Shown in pieces: positions 63,491-64,000 of a stretch of 64,000 bases of DNA. The DNA is from Bugula neritina. Its lineage: Eukaryota; Animalia; Bryozoa. The stretch covers positions 12,708,818 to 12,772,817 of the forward strand of contig OZ037772.1 of the NCBI GenBank assembly GCA_964035545.1, given 5' to 3'. The notes under the pieces are model-generated. The model saw only the letters and a program-made list of their open reading frames with translations. It was not told the DNA's origin and did not search any database. The translations under genes and the position numbers were made by a program. Numbering within the stretch: the stretch's first letter is position 1; every line of letters begins with the position of its first letter.

Positions 63491-64000
63491 AAATATTAAC
63501 ACCTGCAGGGCCTCCCGCATAGAGCAAGTGTGGGGTGCCGAAGGGAGGTATACTGCACTCAATAGGGAAAGCTTTTCTGTTTTAATCAAACTGAAATCCA
63601 ATGTTTATTCTGTCAATTCATATGTAATATTTTCTAAAATCTTGAAAAAACAAACTGAAACAGAGATTAAAAGCCACATAATTAATACAGTGATCTGCTA
63701 TTGGTGGTAACAATACAACATTGAATTTATAATAGCAAAGACCATGAATATAATATCTAGAAAAGTCACCTTCCATGTTGCCAATTGGTTGTCATAGCAC
63801 TCACAGAGAAAACACAAGTATAGCCAGTAGCTGCTTCTGAAGTATTCATATCCTCAATCGCAAGCTAATTCTATAGAGCAGGTGTGAGCTGAAAGGTTTA
63901 CTGTACTGCACCTAACAGTAAAAGCTCTCCTGCGTAGATCAAAATAAAAGTTAATGTTTGTTTTATTTCTGTCAACTCAAATTTAATCTTTTTTAACATC

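Overview
AT-rich, intron-containing animal (invertebrate-like) genomic DNA, densely packed with transposable elements. I assembled exons by hand on the minus strand and found a tandem locus of two modules. Module one is a coiled-coil protein with a C-terminal tail anchor, present twice: 5910-12747 (with an N-terminal SINA-type RING finger) and 32016-54339. Module two is an atlastin/GBP-family large GTPase with no transmembrane hairpin. It has an open reading frame across its exons at 24548-31810, and paralogous last exons at 23153 and 63065. The GTPase has no start exon of its own and begins about 200 bp after the tail-anchor exon of the second coiled-coil gene, which contains an in-frame splice donor. 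A membrane-anchor versus GTPase isoform switch is therefore possible. Mobile elements include an intact BEL/Pao retrotransposon in a (TA)n array, a near full-length decayed CR1/L2-group LINE, several LINE 3' fragments, Gypsy fragments and solo LTRs, MULE-, Sola-like and TTAA-flanked DNA elements, and a Penelope-type hammerhead remnant. There is also a family of about 330-bp miniature LTR elements whose LTRs are tRNA-like; one such LTR is joined to a Gypsy 3' end inside an apparent shared target-site duplication. All family assignments come from motif recognition, not database searches.
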